DNA from: Acidimicrobiia bacterium
Lineage (GTDB): Bacteria; Actinomycetota; Acidimicrobiia; Spongiisociales; SHLN01
Assembly: GCA_041619515.1 (NCBI GenBank)
Contig: JBFKDW010000009.1
Location: 1 to 54,149, forward strand
Reading direction: 5' to 3'
Length of the DNA: 54,149 nt
Position numbers and translations under genes: made by a program. Every line of letters starts with the position of its first letter. The stretch's first letter is position 1. This document shows, in pieces, positions 19,785-30,274 of this stretch. Below the pieces are notes generated by a model. That model ran no database searches. It saw nothing but the letters and a program-made list of their open reading frames with translations, and was not told where the DNA came from.

Positions 19785-19803
19785 CTATCGGCCAAATAGC
19801 CCT

Positions 19804-19830
19804 TAAACGGCCGTCGCTTGGGTCCGATAT
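19804..19830 (+). promoter_or_regulatory. sigma28 (FliA/WhiG)-type promoter TAAA-N15-TCCGATAT
   Basis: Close match to TAAA-N15-GCCGATAA; 31 nt upstream of GTG 19862. Confidence 0.55.
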
Positions 19831-19861
19831 CCAACCCGAACGTCGAACAGGATATTCAACA

Positions 19862-20143
19862 GTGACCACGATCAAGACCACATGCTCAGCCTGCGGAGAT
19901 GTGGAGCTGGCGGCAGACGAACTGCTTCTCGAGCTGACTCCCATGGAGGCTACCGGCCGTTACAGCTTCGACTGCCCGTTCTGCGAGAGCAACCAGTACC
20001 GGCCCGCCAACGAGCGAGTCGTGTCGATTCTGCTGGCAGTCGGTGTTTCCTACATCGTCAGTGACGAGCTGGTCTCAGAGGCAGAGATCCAGGATTTCGT
20101 CGAATCGCTGGACGACTGGCTCCAGGACATCACAGCCGCCTGA
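19862..20143 (+). CDS. Small acidic Cys4 (zinc-ribbon-like) protein
   Basis: CSAC...CPFC; acidic C-terminus; AGGA upstream. Confidence 0.75.
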   Translation: MTTIKTTCSACGDVELAADELLLELTPMEATGRYSFDCPFCESNQYRPANERVVSILLAVGVSYIVSDELVSEAEIQDFVESLDDWLQDITAA

Positions 20144-20158
20144 TACGAGCCCGACCGC

Positions 20159-20188
20159 AAGCCGCTCCCCCCTTGGGTGGAGCGGCTT
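20159..20188 (+). terminator. Hairpin, likely intrinsic terminator
   Basis: AAGCCGCTCC / GGAGCGGCTT 10-bp perfect stem 15 nt after the stop codon. Confidence 0.6.
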
Positions 20189-20243
20189 CTGCGCGTAACG
20201 CCGGTGGCGCCGGGCATCCGGGTGCAGGGCGTAGCATTCCCCT

Positions 20244-20564
20244 GTGTTCGGGATCCAAACGTCGGAACTGGTGGTGATCGCCCTCGTGGCGATACTGCTG
20301 TTCGGGCCCGAACGGGTGCCCGAGTTCTTCCATCGCGCCGGGCAGCTGATCTCGAAGCTGCAGCGAACGGCCGATGATCTGTGGACGTCGCTGCAGAGCG
20401 AAATGAACGAGGCCAAAAAGCCGCTAGAGCAGATGGGCAAAGAGATCGGGCGGATCGGAGGAGCTCTGGAGATCCCGACCGCGCCGCCGTCGCCCGAGGA
20501 ATCTCCACCGGAGGTTGGAGAGGCAGCGGAAGGTCCGGACGATCAGGATGAGCTGGATCGATGA
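20244..20564 (+). CDS. Tat translocase TatA/TatB-family subunit (TatB-like)
   Basis: MFGI..SELVVIALVAILLFGPERVP plus amphipathic helix; upstream of tatC. Confidence 0.85.
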   Translation: MFGIQTSELVVIALVAILLFGPERVPEFFHRAGQLISKLQRTADDLWTSLQSEMNEAKKPLEQMGKEIGRIGGALEIPTAPPSPEESPPEVGEAAEGPDDQDELDR

Positions 20565-21277
20565 GCCAGGACGCTCGGATGCCGATTCTCGAGCATCTGC
20601 ACGAGCTGCGGCGGCGGATGTTCATCGCAGTGATCGCGGTGGTCGTCGGCGCCGTCGTCGGCTTCATATTCCGGGACCGGCTGCTGGATCTCATCGTCGA
20701 GCCGTACGAGCGGGCCACCGGCCAAACCGGGCTCGCGTTCTTCGAAGTCGGTGAGGCCTTCTCGGTCAGCATGAAGGTGGCGCTGTTTGGGGGAGTGGTG
20801 CTGGCGGCCCCCGTGTGGCTCTACGAGATATGGGCCTTCGTCACCCCGGCGCTCTCAAAGCGGGAGAAGCGCTGGGTGGTGCCGATCATCCTCACCCTGG
20901 TGATCTTGTTCGCAGCCGGTGTCGGCTTCGCCTACTGGACGATGGAGCGTGCCCTCGACTGGTTGCTCGGGTTCGGCGGCGAGCGCCTCACCCCGGTCAT
21001 CGGGGTCAACCGCTACCTCAACTTCGCGTTTCGCTATCTCCTCGTGTTCGGGGTCGCCTTTCTGTTCCCGGTCTTTGTGTTCGCCGCAGGAGCCGTCGGG
21101 GCAGTGAGCTCACGGCAACTCAAGAAGGGCAGGCGCTGGGCCGTCCTCATCATCGTGACGGTAGGCGCCATCGTCACGCCGACAGGCGACCCTCTCACCC
21201 TGATGCTGCTCTCGGTCCCGCTCTATCTGCTGTACGAAATAACCATCTGGCTCGTACGCTTCATCCTCAAGAAATGA
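20561..21277 (+). CDS. tatC: Tat translocase TatC
   Basis: MPILEHLHELRRR, WAFVTPAL, TPTGDP, LYE. Confidence 0.95.
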   Translation: MSQDARMPILEHLHELRRRMFIAVIAVVVGAVVGFIFRDRLLDLIVEPYERATGQTGLAFFEVGEAFSVSMKVALFGGVVLAAPVWLYEIWAFVTPALSKREKRWVVPIILTLVILFAAGVGFAYWTMERALDWLLGFGGERLTPVIGVNRYLNFAFRYLLVFGVAFLFPVFVFAAGAVGAVSSRQLKKGRRWAVLIIVTVGAIVTPTGDPLTLMLLSVPLYLLYEITIWLVRFILKK

Positions 21278-23823
21278 CAACCGCTTCCGAGGCGATTGAC
21301 GATTTCGTCTCCCGCCTTGCGTTCGAGCCGGACGACTTCCAACTCCAAGCGTTCGAGTTCATCGCCCGCGGCGAATCGGTGATCGTCACCGCTCCCACCT
21401 CGGCAGGCAAGACGCTCGTGGCCGAGGCCGCCGTCGCGGCGGCGGTGGCCACCAACCGGAGAGCGTTCTACACCACGCCCATCAAGGCGCTCTCCAACCA
21501 GAAATTCGCCGACCTCGGCGCCCAGTACGGGCAGGACCAGGTGGGCTTGCTCACCGGGGACAACTCGATCAACCCGGAGGCACCGGTCATCGTCATGACG
21601 ACCGAGGTGCTCCGCAACATGATCTACACCAATCGGGGCGACCTGGCCGGGTTGGGGGTCGTGATCCTGGATGAGGTCCATTACCTCCAGGACCCTGCGC
21701 GGGGGCCGGTCTGGGAGGAAATCATCATTCACCTCCCGCTGGAGATACCCATCGTCGGGTTGTCTGCGACCGTGGCCAACGCCGACGAATTCACCGCCTG
21801 GGTGAATAGCCGTCGCTCGGACACGAGCCTCGTCATAGAGCGGAACCGGCCGGTGCCGCTCAGTGGCCAGTACCTCATATTCGACAAGAACGCGGGGCAT
21901 CGAATGCTTCCGATCTTCAAGCAGCGCGACGGCCGGCAATTGCCCAATCCGCAGATCGTCAAGCTCATGCGACAGGAAGGCGGCCGTCGTCGGCGTTTTC
22001 ACACGCCGCGCCGTGCCGAAACGGTGGAGGAGCTGGCCGACCGGGACCTGCTGCCCGCCATCTATTTCGTCTTCTCCCGGATGGGATGTGAGGCGGCCAC
22101 CCAGCAGGTGGCAGGCTCGGTGAAGCTGACAACCGGCGACGAGGCCGCGGAGATCCGGCGCAGGGCCGAGGCGGGCACGGCCCATCTGGGTGGAGACGAC
22201 CTCGCCATGCTCGGCTACTCCAGTTGGCTCGCCAACTTGGAGCGGGGGGTGGCGCCCCATCATGCAGGGATGGTCCCGGCCTTCAAAGAAACCGTCGAGG
22301 GTCTGTTCGCCGACGGGCTCGTCAGGGTTGTCTTTGCGACCGAAACCCTTGCGCTCGGAATCAACATGCCCGCCCGTTCGGTGGTCATCGAGAACCTCTC
22401 GAAATTCAACGGCGAAACCCACGAGCTGCTCACGCCGGGGGATTACACCCAGCTCACCGGCCGGGCCGGCAGGCGGGGGATCGATGCTGAAGGCGTAGCA
22501 GTTGTTCTGCATTCGCCGTACGTGCCCTTCGAGCGAGTAGCGGCTATCGCCGGTGCCGGCAGTCATCCGCTCAGGTCCAGCTTCCGGCCCACCTACAACA
22601 TGGCCGTCAATCTCATCGCCAACTATCCCCGGCAACAAGCCGAGGACCTTCTTCGGGCATCGTTTGCGCAGTTCCAGCGCCAGGCCGAAACCGGGAGCCT
22701 GCGGTCCGGCCTGGAGCGCAGCAGGAGGGCGCTTGACGAGTATCGGGCAAAAGCCGCCTGTGAGCACGGCGACGTGTTCGCCTTCTTGGATCGGCTGGAT
22801 GTGACCGGCACAGACCTGCCCTCGGTGCGAGACGTGATGCGGCGTTTCGTCGGCGAGACGAATGCCGGTGACGTCCTCGAGGTGCCCGGGCGCAGGGGCC
22901 CTGAGATCTTCGTGATGCTCGCCCGCGGCAGAACCCAGCAGCCGAAACTCCAGCTCCTGTCCGAATTCGGACGGATCAAGCGGGTGAGAGCCGAAGACTT
23001 GCCGCTCGGCACCGCCCGACTCGGGCGCATTGAGCTACCCAAGCCGTTTCGTCCCAACGAAGTCGGCTTCCGGGATCGCGTTCTGGAAGCGCTCAAGGGA
23101 GCGGCGCTCGGGGGCAAACGTATCGAAGCGCGTCCCCCCATCGACGACCCGCTCGGTGCCTGCCCCGACCTCCACGACCACATCCGCTGGGCCAAGCGGG
23201 CCCGCAAGATCGAGCGCGAGATCGGCGGCCGGGAGCGACGGGCGAGCCGGCTGGAAGGCGATCTTGTACGGGAGTTGCAAGATACGCTTGGCCTGCTGGC
23301 CAACTGGGGATACACCGACGGCTGGGCGCTGACTGAGAAGGGACGGAAGCTGCGCACCATCTACAGCGATCTCGATCTGCTGGTGAGCGAAGTGGCGGCT
23401 GCCGGGCTGCTCGACGACCTGCCGGTCCCGGAATTCGTCGCTCTCGTATCGCTGTTCGTATACGAGCCGCGGGGAGACGGCGAGACCGGTGATCTGCCGC
23501 CGGGGGTGGTCGGTGAGCGGGCAGGTCGGGTATTGGAGCTCTGGAAGCAGCTCGTTCACGACGAACAAAAGGCCCGCTTGAACGAAACCCGCCGGCCCGA
23601 GTGGGGTTTCGTCACGATTGCACACGGCTGGGCGCAGGGGTTCTCGCTCGAGGAGCTCTTCGGTGACGATCAACTGGCCGCCGGGGATTTTGTCCGGACG
23701 ATGCGCCAGATGCTCGACCTGATCCGTCAGGTGCGCGACACCTTCCCTTCCCTGTCGTCGGTGGCCGCCGATGCGATCGGAGTCATAGACCATGGAGTAG
23801 TTTCGGCGGGTGGAATCGTCTGA
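21274..23823 (+). CDS. helY: Ski2-like DEAD/DEAH RNA helicase HelY
   Basis: ATGA overlap with tatC; PTSAGKT, PIKALSNQK, DEVH, GRAGRRG, GDFVR. Confidence 0.9.
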   Translation: MTTASEAIDDFVSRLAFEPDDFQLQAFEFIARGESVIVTAPTSAGKTLVAEAAVAAAVATNRRAFYTTPIKALSNQKFADLGAQYGQDQVGLLTGDNSINPEAPVIVMTTEVLRNMIYTNRGDLAGLGVVILDEVHYLQDPARGPVWEEIIIHLPLEIPIVGLSATVANADEFTAWVNSRRSDTSLVIERNRPVPLSGQYLIFDKNAGHRMLPIFKQRDGRQLPNPQIVKLMRQEGGRRRRFHTPRRAETVEELADRDLLPAIYFVFSRMGCEAATQQVAGSVKLTTGDEAAEIRRRAEAGTAHLGGDDLAMLGYSSWLANLERGVAPHHAGMVPAFKETVEGLFADGLVRVVFATETLALGINMPARSVVIENLSKFNGETHELLTPGDYTQLTGRAGRRGIDAEGVAVVLHSPYVPFERVAAIAGAGSHPLRSSFRPTYNMAVNLIANYPRQQAEDLLRASFAQFQRQAETGSLRSGLERSRRALDEYRAKAACEHGDVFAFLDRLDVTGTDLPSVRDVMRRFVGETNAGDVLEVPGRRGPEIFVMLARGRTQQPKLQLLSEFGRIKRVRAEDLPLGTARLGRIELPKPFRPNEVGFRDRVLEALKGAALGGKRIEARPPIDDPLGACPDLHDHIRWAKRARKIEREIGGRERRASRLEGDLVRELQDTLGLLANWGYTDGWALTEKGRKLRTIYSDLDLLVSEVAAAGLLDDLPVPEFVALVSLFVYEPRGDGETGDLPPGVVGERAGRVLELWKQLVHDEQKARLNETRRPEWGFVTIAHGWAQGFSLEELFGDDQLAAGDFVRTMRQMLDLIRQVRDTFPSLSSVAADAIGVIDHGVVSAGGIV

Positions 23824-24697
23824 CTGGTTCGTGGCAATCAATCCGGCTGCCGGCCGGGGCGCTGATCTCCTCGCCCGCACCGAGGATGCGCTTGGGCAAC
23901 ACGGCGTCGCCGCAACGCTGGCGGTCTCGACCGATTCGGACGACATCGGCCGGCTGATCGACGAGGCCGTGGCGGACGGCCGTACGCGCTTTGTTGCCGT
24001 CGGCGGCGACGGCACGGTGAATCTGGTGGTGAATGCGCTGCTTCGCCACCCATGGGATCGCCCGCCCATCCTCGGAATCCTGCCGGCCGGGACCGGCTGC
24101 GATCTCGTTCGCGTGTTCGGCATCCCCCAGGACGTGGAGCGCGCCGCCCGGCACCTGATCGGTGAGGAGACCTATCGGTCGGATGCAGCGGTCCTGGAAG
24201 GCGAGTGGGGGACCCGCTATTTCATCAACATCGCCCAGGCGGGAATCGGCGCCGCTGCGGCCATCACGGCCGACAAGCTGGCGTGGCTGAGGGGCCTTCG
24301 CTACCAGACATCCTTCTGGCTCAACCTGCCGGGGTTTCGCAGGACCGAGGTGCGGGTGCGCGTCGGGGAACGGGAGTACCACGGCGACGCCATCAGCGTG
24401 ATCTTTGCCAACGGGCAGTTCTTCGGGAACGGGATGAACATCGCTCCGAAAGCGACGCTGGTGAGCGGGATCATCGACACGCAGGTGATCAGCGCCCGCA
24501 AGCGTCAGGCGCCGCTGCTGATGCGCAAGGCAGCTCGTGGTCTCCATCTCCGGCATCCCGAAGTGCATCGCCTGCGGGGGCCGGAATTCTCATTAGAGGC
24601 GAACGACCCTTGGCCTGTCGAGGCCGATGGTGAATACCTGGGTGTGACCCCGCTGCGGGGCCGGGTTCTCCACGGTGTCATCGACATCAAGATCTAG
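23810..24697 (+). CDS. Diacylglycerol kinase-family lipid kinase
   Basis: NPAAG, GGDGT, PAGTGCD, ADGE. Confidence 0.9.
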   Translation: MESSDWFVAINPAAGRGADLLARTEDALGQHGVAATLAVSTDSDDIGRLIDEAVADGRTRFVAVGGDGTVNLVVNALLRHPWDRPPILGILPAGTGCDLVRVFGIPQDVERAARHLIGEETYRSDAAVLEGEWGTRYFINIAQAGIGAAAAITADKLAWLRGLRYQTSFWLNLPGFRRTEVRVRVGEREYHGDAISVIFANGQFFGNGMNIAPKATLVSGIIDTQVISARKRQAPLLMRKAARGLHLRHPEVHRLRGPEFSLEANDPWPVEADGEYLGVTPLRGRVLHGVIDIKI

Positions 24698-24770
24698 CGG
24701 CCGGGAACTCGCTAAAAAGCCTCGGGATACAGTCCGAAACAGAGGGAACAGAATCGAGGCCGGCGATGTA

Positions 24771-24776
24771 TATACT
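24771..24776 (+). promoter_or_regulatory. -10 element TATACT upstream of the DUF4193-like gene
   Basis: TATACT 29 nt before ATG 24806, with GGAGG Shine-Dalgarno between. Confidence 0.5.
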
Positions 24777-24805
24777 CCCGGCTCAATTCCTGGAGGACCA
24801 GAGGG

Positions 24806-25291
24806 ATGGCGCGCAAGAAGGCCACCGAAACAGTCGAAGTCGACGATCCCGAGGCAGATCTCGAGGACGTCGAAGACCTGGACGATGTCGAGGATCTGGA
24901 TGATGTCGAGGACCTCGACGATATCGACGATCTCTCAGACGTCGAGGAAGTGGACGATCTCGAGGGACTCGGCGACGACGACGTCGATTCCGACGACGAG
25001 ACAACCGATGACGATGATCTCGATGACGGCGCCGAAGAGGGCGACAATGCCGCGTTGGACGAGCTGGAAGCAGCCGAGCTGGCCATGCTTACGCCCGACG
25101 AGGCTGCCGAAGTCATTCGCGTCGATGAGGCGGCGGAGGTTGCGTCTCTGCGACGTGCCGAACTGGCGCTCGACAAGGAAGCAGACAGCGTGACGCCGGG
25201 GGAGTTCGTCTGCTCCAGCTGTTTCCTCGTGAAGAAGAACACCCAACTGGCCAACAAGCGCAAGCAGATCTGTAACGACTGTGCCGCCTGA
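24806..25291 (+). CDS. DUF4193-like protein, extremely acidic, with C-terminal Cys4
   Basis: EFVCSSCFLVK..QL......CNDC C-terminal motif. Confidence 0.75.
   Translation: MARKKATETVEVDDPEADLEDVEDLDDVEDLDDVEDLDDIDDLSDVEEVDDLEGLGDDDVDSDDETTDDDDLDDGAEEGDNAALDELEAAELAMLTPDEAAEVIRVDEAAEVASLRRAELALDKEADSVTPGEFVCSSCFLVKKNTQLANKRKQICNDCAA
24857..24964 (+). repeat. Six imperfect 18-bp tandem repeats encoding DL(D/E)DVE-type hexapeptides
   Basis: gatctcgaggacgtcgaa / gacctggacgatgtcgag / gatctggatgatgtcgag / gacctcgacgatatcgac / gatctctcagacgtcgag / gaagtggacgatctcgag. Confidence 0.8.
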
Positions 25292-25994
25292 GGTCGCAGT
25301 AGTCCTTCCCACCTACAACGAAGCCGAGAACCTCCAGCCGATCGCGCACTCCGTCCGCAAGCACGGCTACCACCTCGTCATCGTCGACGACGCCTCGCCG
25401 GACGGGACCGGACGCATGGCCGACGATCTGGCGGCCGCCGATGACCGGATCCAGGTGGTGCACCGGTCGGCCAAACGCGGGTTGGGCCCGGCCTACGCCG
25501 AAGGGTTCTCGGTAGCGCTCACCACCCCGGCCGAGATCGTGTGCCAGATGGATGCCGATTTCAGCCACGACCCGGACGTGTTGCCGCTGCTGGTCTCGGC
25601 GATCGAGACGGGCGCCGATGTCGCGATCGGGAGCCGTTACGTGCCGGGCGGATCCGTGCCCGGCTGGCCGCTTCACCGCCGCCTCCTCTCCCGCTGGGGC
25701 AATCGCTACGCTCGGGCGATGCTTGCCACATCGATCCATGACATGACGAGTGGATTCCGCGCCTACCGTTCCCAGGTGCTGCGGATATTGCAGCCGGACA
25801 CCTGCCGGGCCTCCGGCTACGGTTTTCAGGTCGAGATGGCCGCTCGCAGCAGCGATCAGAACCTCACCACCGTCGAGATTCCCATCACGTTCCGCAACCG
25901 GGCGCGGGGCAAGTCGAAGATGCATTTCGGGATCGCTCTCGAAGCAATCTGGCTGGTGAGCGCCTGGGGCGTGCGACGGAGACTGAAACGATGA
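25281..25994 (+). CDS. Polyprenol monophosphomannose synthase (GT2, Ppm1-like)
   Basis: PTYNEAEN, DDASPDGT, GLGPAY, MDADFSHDP, GYGFQVEM. Confidence 0.88.
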   Translation: MPPEVAVVLPTYNEAENLQPIAHSVRKHGYHLVIVDDASPDGTGRMADDLAAADDRIQVVHRSAKRGLGPAYAEGFSVALTTPAEIVCQMDADFSHDPDVLPLLVSAIETGADVAIGSRYVPGGSVPGWPLHRRLLSRWGNRYARAMLATSIHDMTSGFRAYRSQVLRILQPDTCRASGYGFQVEMAARSSDQNLTTVEIPITFRNRARGKSKMHFGIALEAIWLVSAWGVRRRLKR

Positions 25995-26473
25995 CGCCGC
26001 TCACCGTCGCCGCCCGCCCGGCCACACTCGACGACCTCCCCGAGCTACTCCGGTTGTATCGCCTCCTGGAAGCCGAAATGGAGGCGCTGCGCGGCCTGTG
26101 GAAAGAGGCCGACGGGCTGCCCGCACCGGTCGAGGAAGCGCTGGCCAAGGCCGTGGCCGACCCCGAGATCCTCGTCTACATGGGAACCGGTGACGGCGTG
26201 CCCTTCGGCTTCATACTTGGATACTCCGCCCCGCTGCTGCCCCAGGCGGACGGGGCCCGCATGGCCACGATCAAGCTGGTGTTCACCGAGGAGGAAGCCC
26301 GGGGGGTCGGGGTGGGCGAGGCCATGAGAGACACCGTGGTCGACGAATTCCGAGCCCGGGGCCACCGGTGGTTTGACGCCCACGTGCTCCCGGGTCACCG
26401 GCTGGCCAAGAACTTCTTCGAGGCGGGCGGTTTCTCTGCGAGGTTCATCATCATGAACCACGAGGATGACTGA
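25991..26473 (+). CDS. GNAT-family N-acetyltransferase
   Basis: EEARGVGVG acetyl-CoA motif; KNFFEAGGF. Confidence 0.85.
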   Translation: MTPLTVAARPATLDDLPELLRLYRLLEAEMEALRGLWKEADGLPAPVEEALAKAVADPEILVYMGTGDGVPFGFILGYSAPLLPQADGARMATIKLVFTEEEARGVGVGEAMRDTVVDEFRARGHRWFDAHVLPGHRLAKNFFEAGGFSARFIIMNHEDD

Positions 26474-26888
26474 TCGAGTCACGGTAGCGGTCGGGGCAGT
26501 CATCGTCGAGGATGGCCGACTGCTGCTGGTGGAGCGAGCCCGCCCCCCCAGCGCCGGCCGGTGGGCCGTGCCCGGTGGCCAGGTCGAGCCCGGCGAGACG
26601 CTGAGCGAGGCCGTGGAGCGCGAGGTGCGAGAGGAGACCGGCCTCATGGTAGAGGTTGGTGACATTGCCTGGGTGGGCAGCTCGATAGGCCCGGGGACAC
26701 CACCCGAGTGGCACTACGTGATCGTTGACTTCTGGGCAACCCCCGTTGGAGGCGACCTCATGCCGGGTGATGACGCCACCCGGGCCGAGTGGATCCCCCT
26801 CGACCGCCTCCAGGCGTGGCCTATGGTGGACACTATGTACGACCTCGCAGCGCAGCTGTGGCCGGCCGAACCTGGGCGGGACGCGTGA
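26466..26888 (+). CDS. NUDIX hydrolase
   Basis: [23 protein letters not shown]udix box. Confidence 0.92.
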   Translation: MTDRVTVAVGAVIVEDGRLLLVERARPPSAGRWAVPGGQVEPGETLSEAVEREVREETGLMVEVGDIAWVGSSIGPGTPPEWHYVIVDFWATPVGGDLMPGDDATRAEWIPLDRLQAWPMVDTMYDLAAQLWPAEPGRDA

Positions 26889-28228
26889 GAGAGGAAGCGG
26901 TCGGGCTCCTCGTTGCCCTCATACAGAATGGTTGCGTCAACGACGGAACTCCCGACAGCGGCGGCGAGTATCGCTCGGTGGAGACGCTGCGGGAGTTCTT
27001 CGCCCTCCCGGGGCAGGTGTTCGAACCTCATCCCGGCCGCCAGAGTGTCGTATACCGAGTGCCGGGCGCAATCGCCGGTGCGCCCGCCCTCATGCTCATG
27101 GGCCATACCGACGTTGTGCCCGCCTCCCGGCGGGGCTGGCTGCACGACCCATTCGGAGGGCATATCGAGGACGGCTTCGTGTGGGGACGGGGTGCGGTCG
27201 ACATGCTCAACATGACGGCCGCGATGGCGGCTGTGTTCAAGCCGTACCTGACCGGCGAAAAGGACCCGCTGCCCGGGGATCTCGTCTATCTGGCGGTGGC
27301 CGACGAGGAAGCCGGCGGACGGCTGGGGGCCGATTGGCTGGTCGAGAACCATTGGGAGGCAGTCGCCTGCGAATACCAGCTGACAGAGGTGGCCTATCCG
27401 CCCATTCCGACCTCGGACGGATCGGCCTACCCGGTGAGCGTGGCCGAGAAGGGGCCGTACTGGCGCAAGCTCACAGCCCGCGGTGTGCCCGGCCACGGCA
27501 GCCAGCCTTACGGCAGGGAGAACGCCGTCATCGACCTGGGGATGGCCATCGCCCGCTTGGCCGAAGCGCCCACCCCGGTGGAGATCACCGAGGAATGGCG
27601 GGCGATCGTCGAGATGCTCGGCCTGGGCCCGGACTTCTCGGCTGCGCTCCTCGACCCGGACCAGATCGATGCCGCCATCGACGCAATCGCGGCCGCCGAC
27701 CCGGAAATGGCCCGCATCGCTCACGCTCTCACCCATCTCACGGTGAGCCCCAACGTGGTCAGCGGGGGCGTCAAGAGCAACGTGATCGCGGAGGAGGGGA
27801 GTGCCGACATCGATATCCGGGCGCTTCCCGGTCAGGATGAGACGACCGTCGACGATCACCTCCGCAAAGTGCTCGGTTCCCAGCTCTACGATCGGCTTCG
27901 GATCGAGCCGATCATGGACTACCCGGCCGGATCCTCACCCATGGACGGCCCGCTGTGGGAGGCCGTCGGCGACGGCTATGAGCGGGTGGCCGGCACCCGG
28001 AGGCGGTTTCCCTACCTCATCTCCGGAACCACCGATGCCCGCTTCTTCCGAACCCGGGGCGTGGTCTGCTACGGCGCCGGCCTGTTCGACGATCGGATGG
28101 GAACCGGCGAGTTTGCCTCCATGTTCCACGGCCACAACGAGCGAGTCAGTGTCGATTCGGTCGGCCTCACCGCCGAGTTCCTCGCCACCGTCGTCGAAAG
28201 ATTCGGCGTCCGATCGGTGAACGCGTGA
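26885..28228 (+). CDS. M20/M25/M40-family metallo-hydrolase
   Basis: GHTDVV, GRGAVDM, DEEAGG, GTTDAR, HGHNE; GTGA overlap. Confidence 0.9.
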   Translation: MREEAVGLLVALIQNGCVNDGTPDSGGEYRSVETLREFFALPGQVFEPHPGRQSVVYRVPGAIAGAPALMLMGHTDVVPASRRGWLHDPFGGHIEDGFVWGRGAVDMLNMTAAMAAVFKPYLTGEKDPLPGDLVYLAVADEEAGGRLGADWLVENHWEAVACEYQLTEVAYPPIPTSDGSAYPVSVAEKGPYWRKLTARGVPGHGSQPYGRENAVIDLGMAIARLAEAPTPVEITEEWRAIVEMLGLGPDFSAALLDPDQIDAAIDAIAAADPEMARIAHALTHLTVSPNVVSGGVKSNVIAEEGSADIDIRALPGQDETTVDDHLRKVLGSQLYDRLRIEPIMDYPAGSSPMDGPLWEAVGDGYERVAGTRRRFPYLISGTTDARFFRTRGVVCYGAGLFDDRMGTGEFASMFHGHNERVSVDSVGLTAEFLATVVERFGVRSVNA

Positions 28229-28995
28229 GCCCGCTTCCCGATGCCATCGTCTGTGATCTCGACGGTGTCCTCTACCGGGGCGACGTCGAGGTTGTGGGTG
28301 CCGGAGCCGCCCTCGGCGTCCTGCGGGCCGCCGGGATCAGCCTCGCGTTCGTTACCAACAACTCGACGAAGACTCCCGCCGAGGCTGCCGCCAAGATCAG
28401 GCGGCTGACCGGTTTCGACGCCCATGAGCAGGATGTCGTCACCTCGGCGATGGCGGCGGCCCATCTGCTTGCGGCCGATGCCCCACCCACCCTGCTGTTC
28501 GGCGCGGCCGGGGCCCGCGGGCCGCTCGAGCACCTCGGCGTCCCCATCGTCGACGACTGGCATGAGGCCCGGGCCGTTGTCGCCGGCTTGGATTTGTCTC
28601 TGACGTATGAGTCGCTCACCCGGGCAGTGATGGCCGTCGGCCGGGGCGCCCGGTTCATTGCCACCAACCGCGATGTCACCTATCCGACGCCGGAAGGGCT
28701 CTGGCCGGGGGCAGGGGCGCTCGTCGCAGCAGTCGAGGCCGCCACCGGGGTGGAGGCCGAGGTGGCCGGCAAGCCTCATGAGCCGATGCGCGGCCTGCTG
28801 CACGACCGGTTGGAGGGCCAGCGTGTGGCCCTCATCGGTGACCGCCCGGAAACCGACCTGGCGCTCGGCGTGTCCGAAGGCTGGGAGACGATTCTCGTTC
28901 TAAGTGGCGTGACCTCCCGCCCCGATGGCGTCGAGCCCCGACCCGACCATGTCGTGTCATCGATCGCCGAGGTGCCCGGGCTGTACCGGCTCTGA
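28225..28995 (+). CDS. HAD-IIA hydrolase (NagD-like)
   Basis: DLDGV, TNNS, GKP, GDRPETD. Confidence 0.92.
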   Translation: MSPLPDAIVCDLDGVLYRGDVEVVGAGAALGVLRAAGISLAFVTNNSTKTPAEAAAKIRRLTGFDAHEQDVVTSAMAAAHLLAADAPPTLLFGAAGARGPLEHLGVPIVDDWHEARAVVAGLDLSLTYESLTRAVMAVGRGARFIATNRDVTYPTPEGLWPGAGALVAAVEAATGVEAEVAGKPHEPMRGLLHDRLEGQRVALIGDRPETDLALGVSEGWETILVLSGVTSRPDGVEPRPDHVVSSIAEVPGLYRL

Positions 28996-29083
28996 GGGCC
29001 GAGCCCCATCTCTTCCGCTCCTGCGGGAGGGCGGCTCGATGGGTGGCACGGTCCGGCCGGGCAACCAGATACCCTTAGCCGCA

Positions 29084-30274
29084 ATGTCTTCTCGATTGCG
29101 TGACGATCTCGCCGAGCGGCTGGCCGGGCTCCGGGAGGAGGGCCTCTTCAAGGACGAGCGCCCCATTGCATCTCCCCAGGACGCCCATATCACCCTGGAG
29201 GACGGTTCTGAGGTCCTCAACTTCTGTGCCAACAACTATCTCGGGCTGGCCGATCATCCGGCGTTGCTGGAGGCCGCCTCGCAGGCGCTTCCCCGCTATG
29301 GCTACGGCATGGCCTCGGTTCGCTTCATCTGCGGGACCCAGACGGTGCACAGGGCCCTCGAAGCAGACATCGCCGACTTCCTCGGCACCGACGACTCGAT
29401 CCTGTACAGCTCCTGCTTCGATGCCAACACGGGCCTGTTCGAGACTCTGCTCGACGAGCAGGATGCGATCATCAGCGATGCCCTCAACCACGCGTCGATC
29501 ATCGACGGCGTCCGCCTCTGCAAGGCGCAGCGCTATCGATATGCAAACAACGACATGGCCGACCTCGAACGCACGCTCGAGGAAGCGAGCGGTGCCCGGT
29601 ACCGGCTGATCGCTACCGACGGTGTGTTCTCCATGGACGGCATCCTCGCCGATCTGCCTGCAATCTGCGATCTGGCCGAACGATTCGACGCGATGGTGAT
29701 GGTCGACGACTCCCATGCCGTCGGGTTCGTCGGGGCCGGTGGGAGGGGAACACCCGAAGCGCTGGGTGTCGCCGACCGGGTCGACATTCTCACCGGCACC
29801 CTCGGTAAAGCGCTCGGCGGAGCCTCCGGCGGGTACACGGCCGCGAGCGCCGAAGTGGTCGGCTGGCTCAGGCAGCGATCGCGGCCCTATCTGTTCTCCA
29901 ACAGCCTGGCGCCGGTCATCGCCGCCACATCCCGTACGGCTCTCGAGCTCCTCAAAGGGAGTGACGAGCTGCGTTCGGCGCTCCATCGCAACAGCGAATT
30001 GTTTCGCGCCGCCATGACCGAGCTCGGCTTCACGCTGGCCGGAGCCGGGCACCCCATCATCCCCGTCATGCTCGGAGACGCCCGGCTGGCCAAACAGATG
30101 TCCGATGCCCTTCTCGCCGAGGGCGTGTACGTGGTCGGGTTCTCGTTCCCGGTCGTGCCAAAGGGCATGGCCCGCATCCGCACCCAGATGTCCGCCGCCC
30201 ACTCCGAAGAAGACGTTGAAACCGCGGTCGGCGCATTTGCGCGAGTGGGACGCCGACTGGGCGTCATCTCCTGA
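29084..30274 (+). CDS. kbl: Glycine C-acetyltransferase (2-amino-3-ketobutyrate CoA ligase)
   Basis: [30 protein letters not shown]; adjacent to tdh. Confidence 0.95.
   Translation: MSSRLRDDLAERLAGLREEGLFKDERPIASPQDAHITLEDGSEVLNFCANNYLGLADHPALLEAASQALPRYGYGMASVRFICGTQTVHRALEADIADFLGTDDSILYSSCFDANTGLFETLLDEQDAIISDALNHASIIDGVRLCKAQRYRYANNDMADLERTLEEASGARYRLIATDGVFSMDGILADLPAICDLAERFDAMVMVDDSHAVGFVGAGGRGTPEALGVADRVDILTGTLGKALGGASGGYTAASAEVVGWLRQRSRPYLFSNSLAPVIAATSRTALELLKGSDELRSALHRNSELFRAAMTELGFTLAGAGHPIIPVMLGDARLAKQMSDALLAEGVYVVGFSFPVVPKGMARIRTQMSAAHSEEDVETAVGAFARVGRRLGVIS

Noticed and set aside
20815..21273. 1002-aa version of HelY
   Set aside because: The extension overlaps tatC in another frame; the ATGA overlap at 21274 gives the natural start
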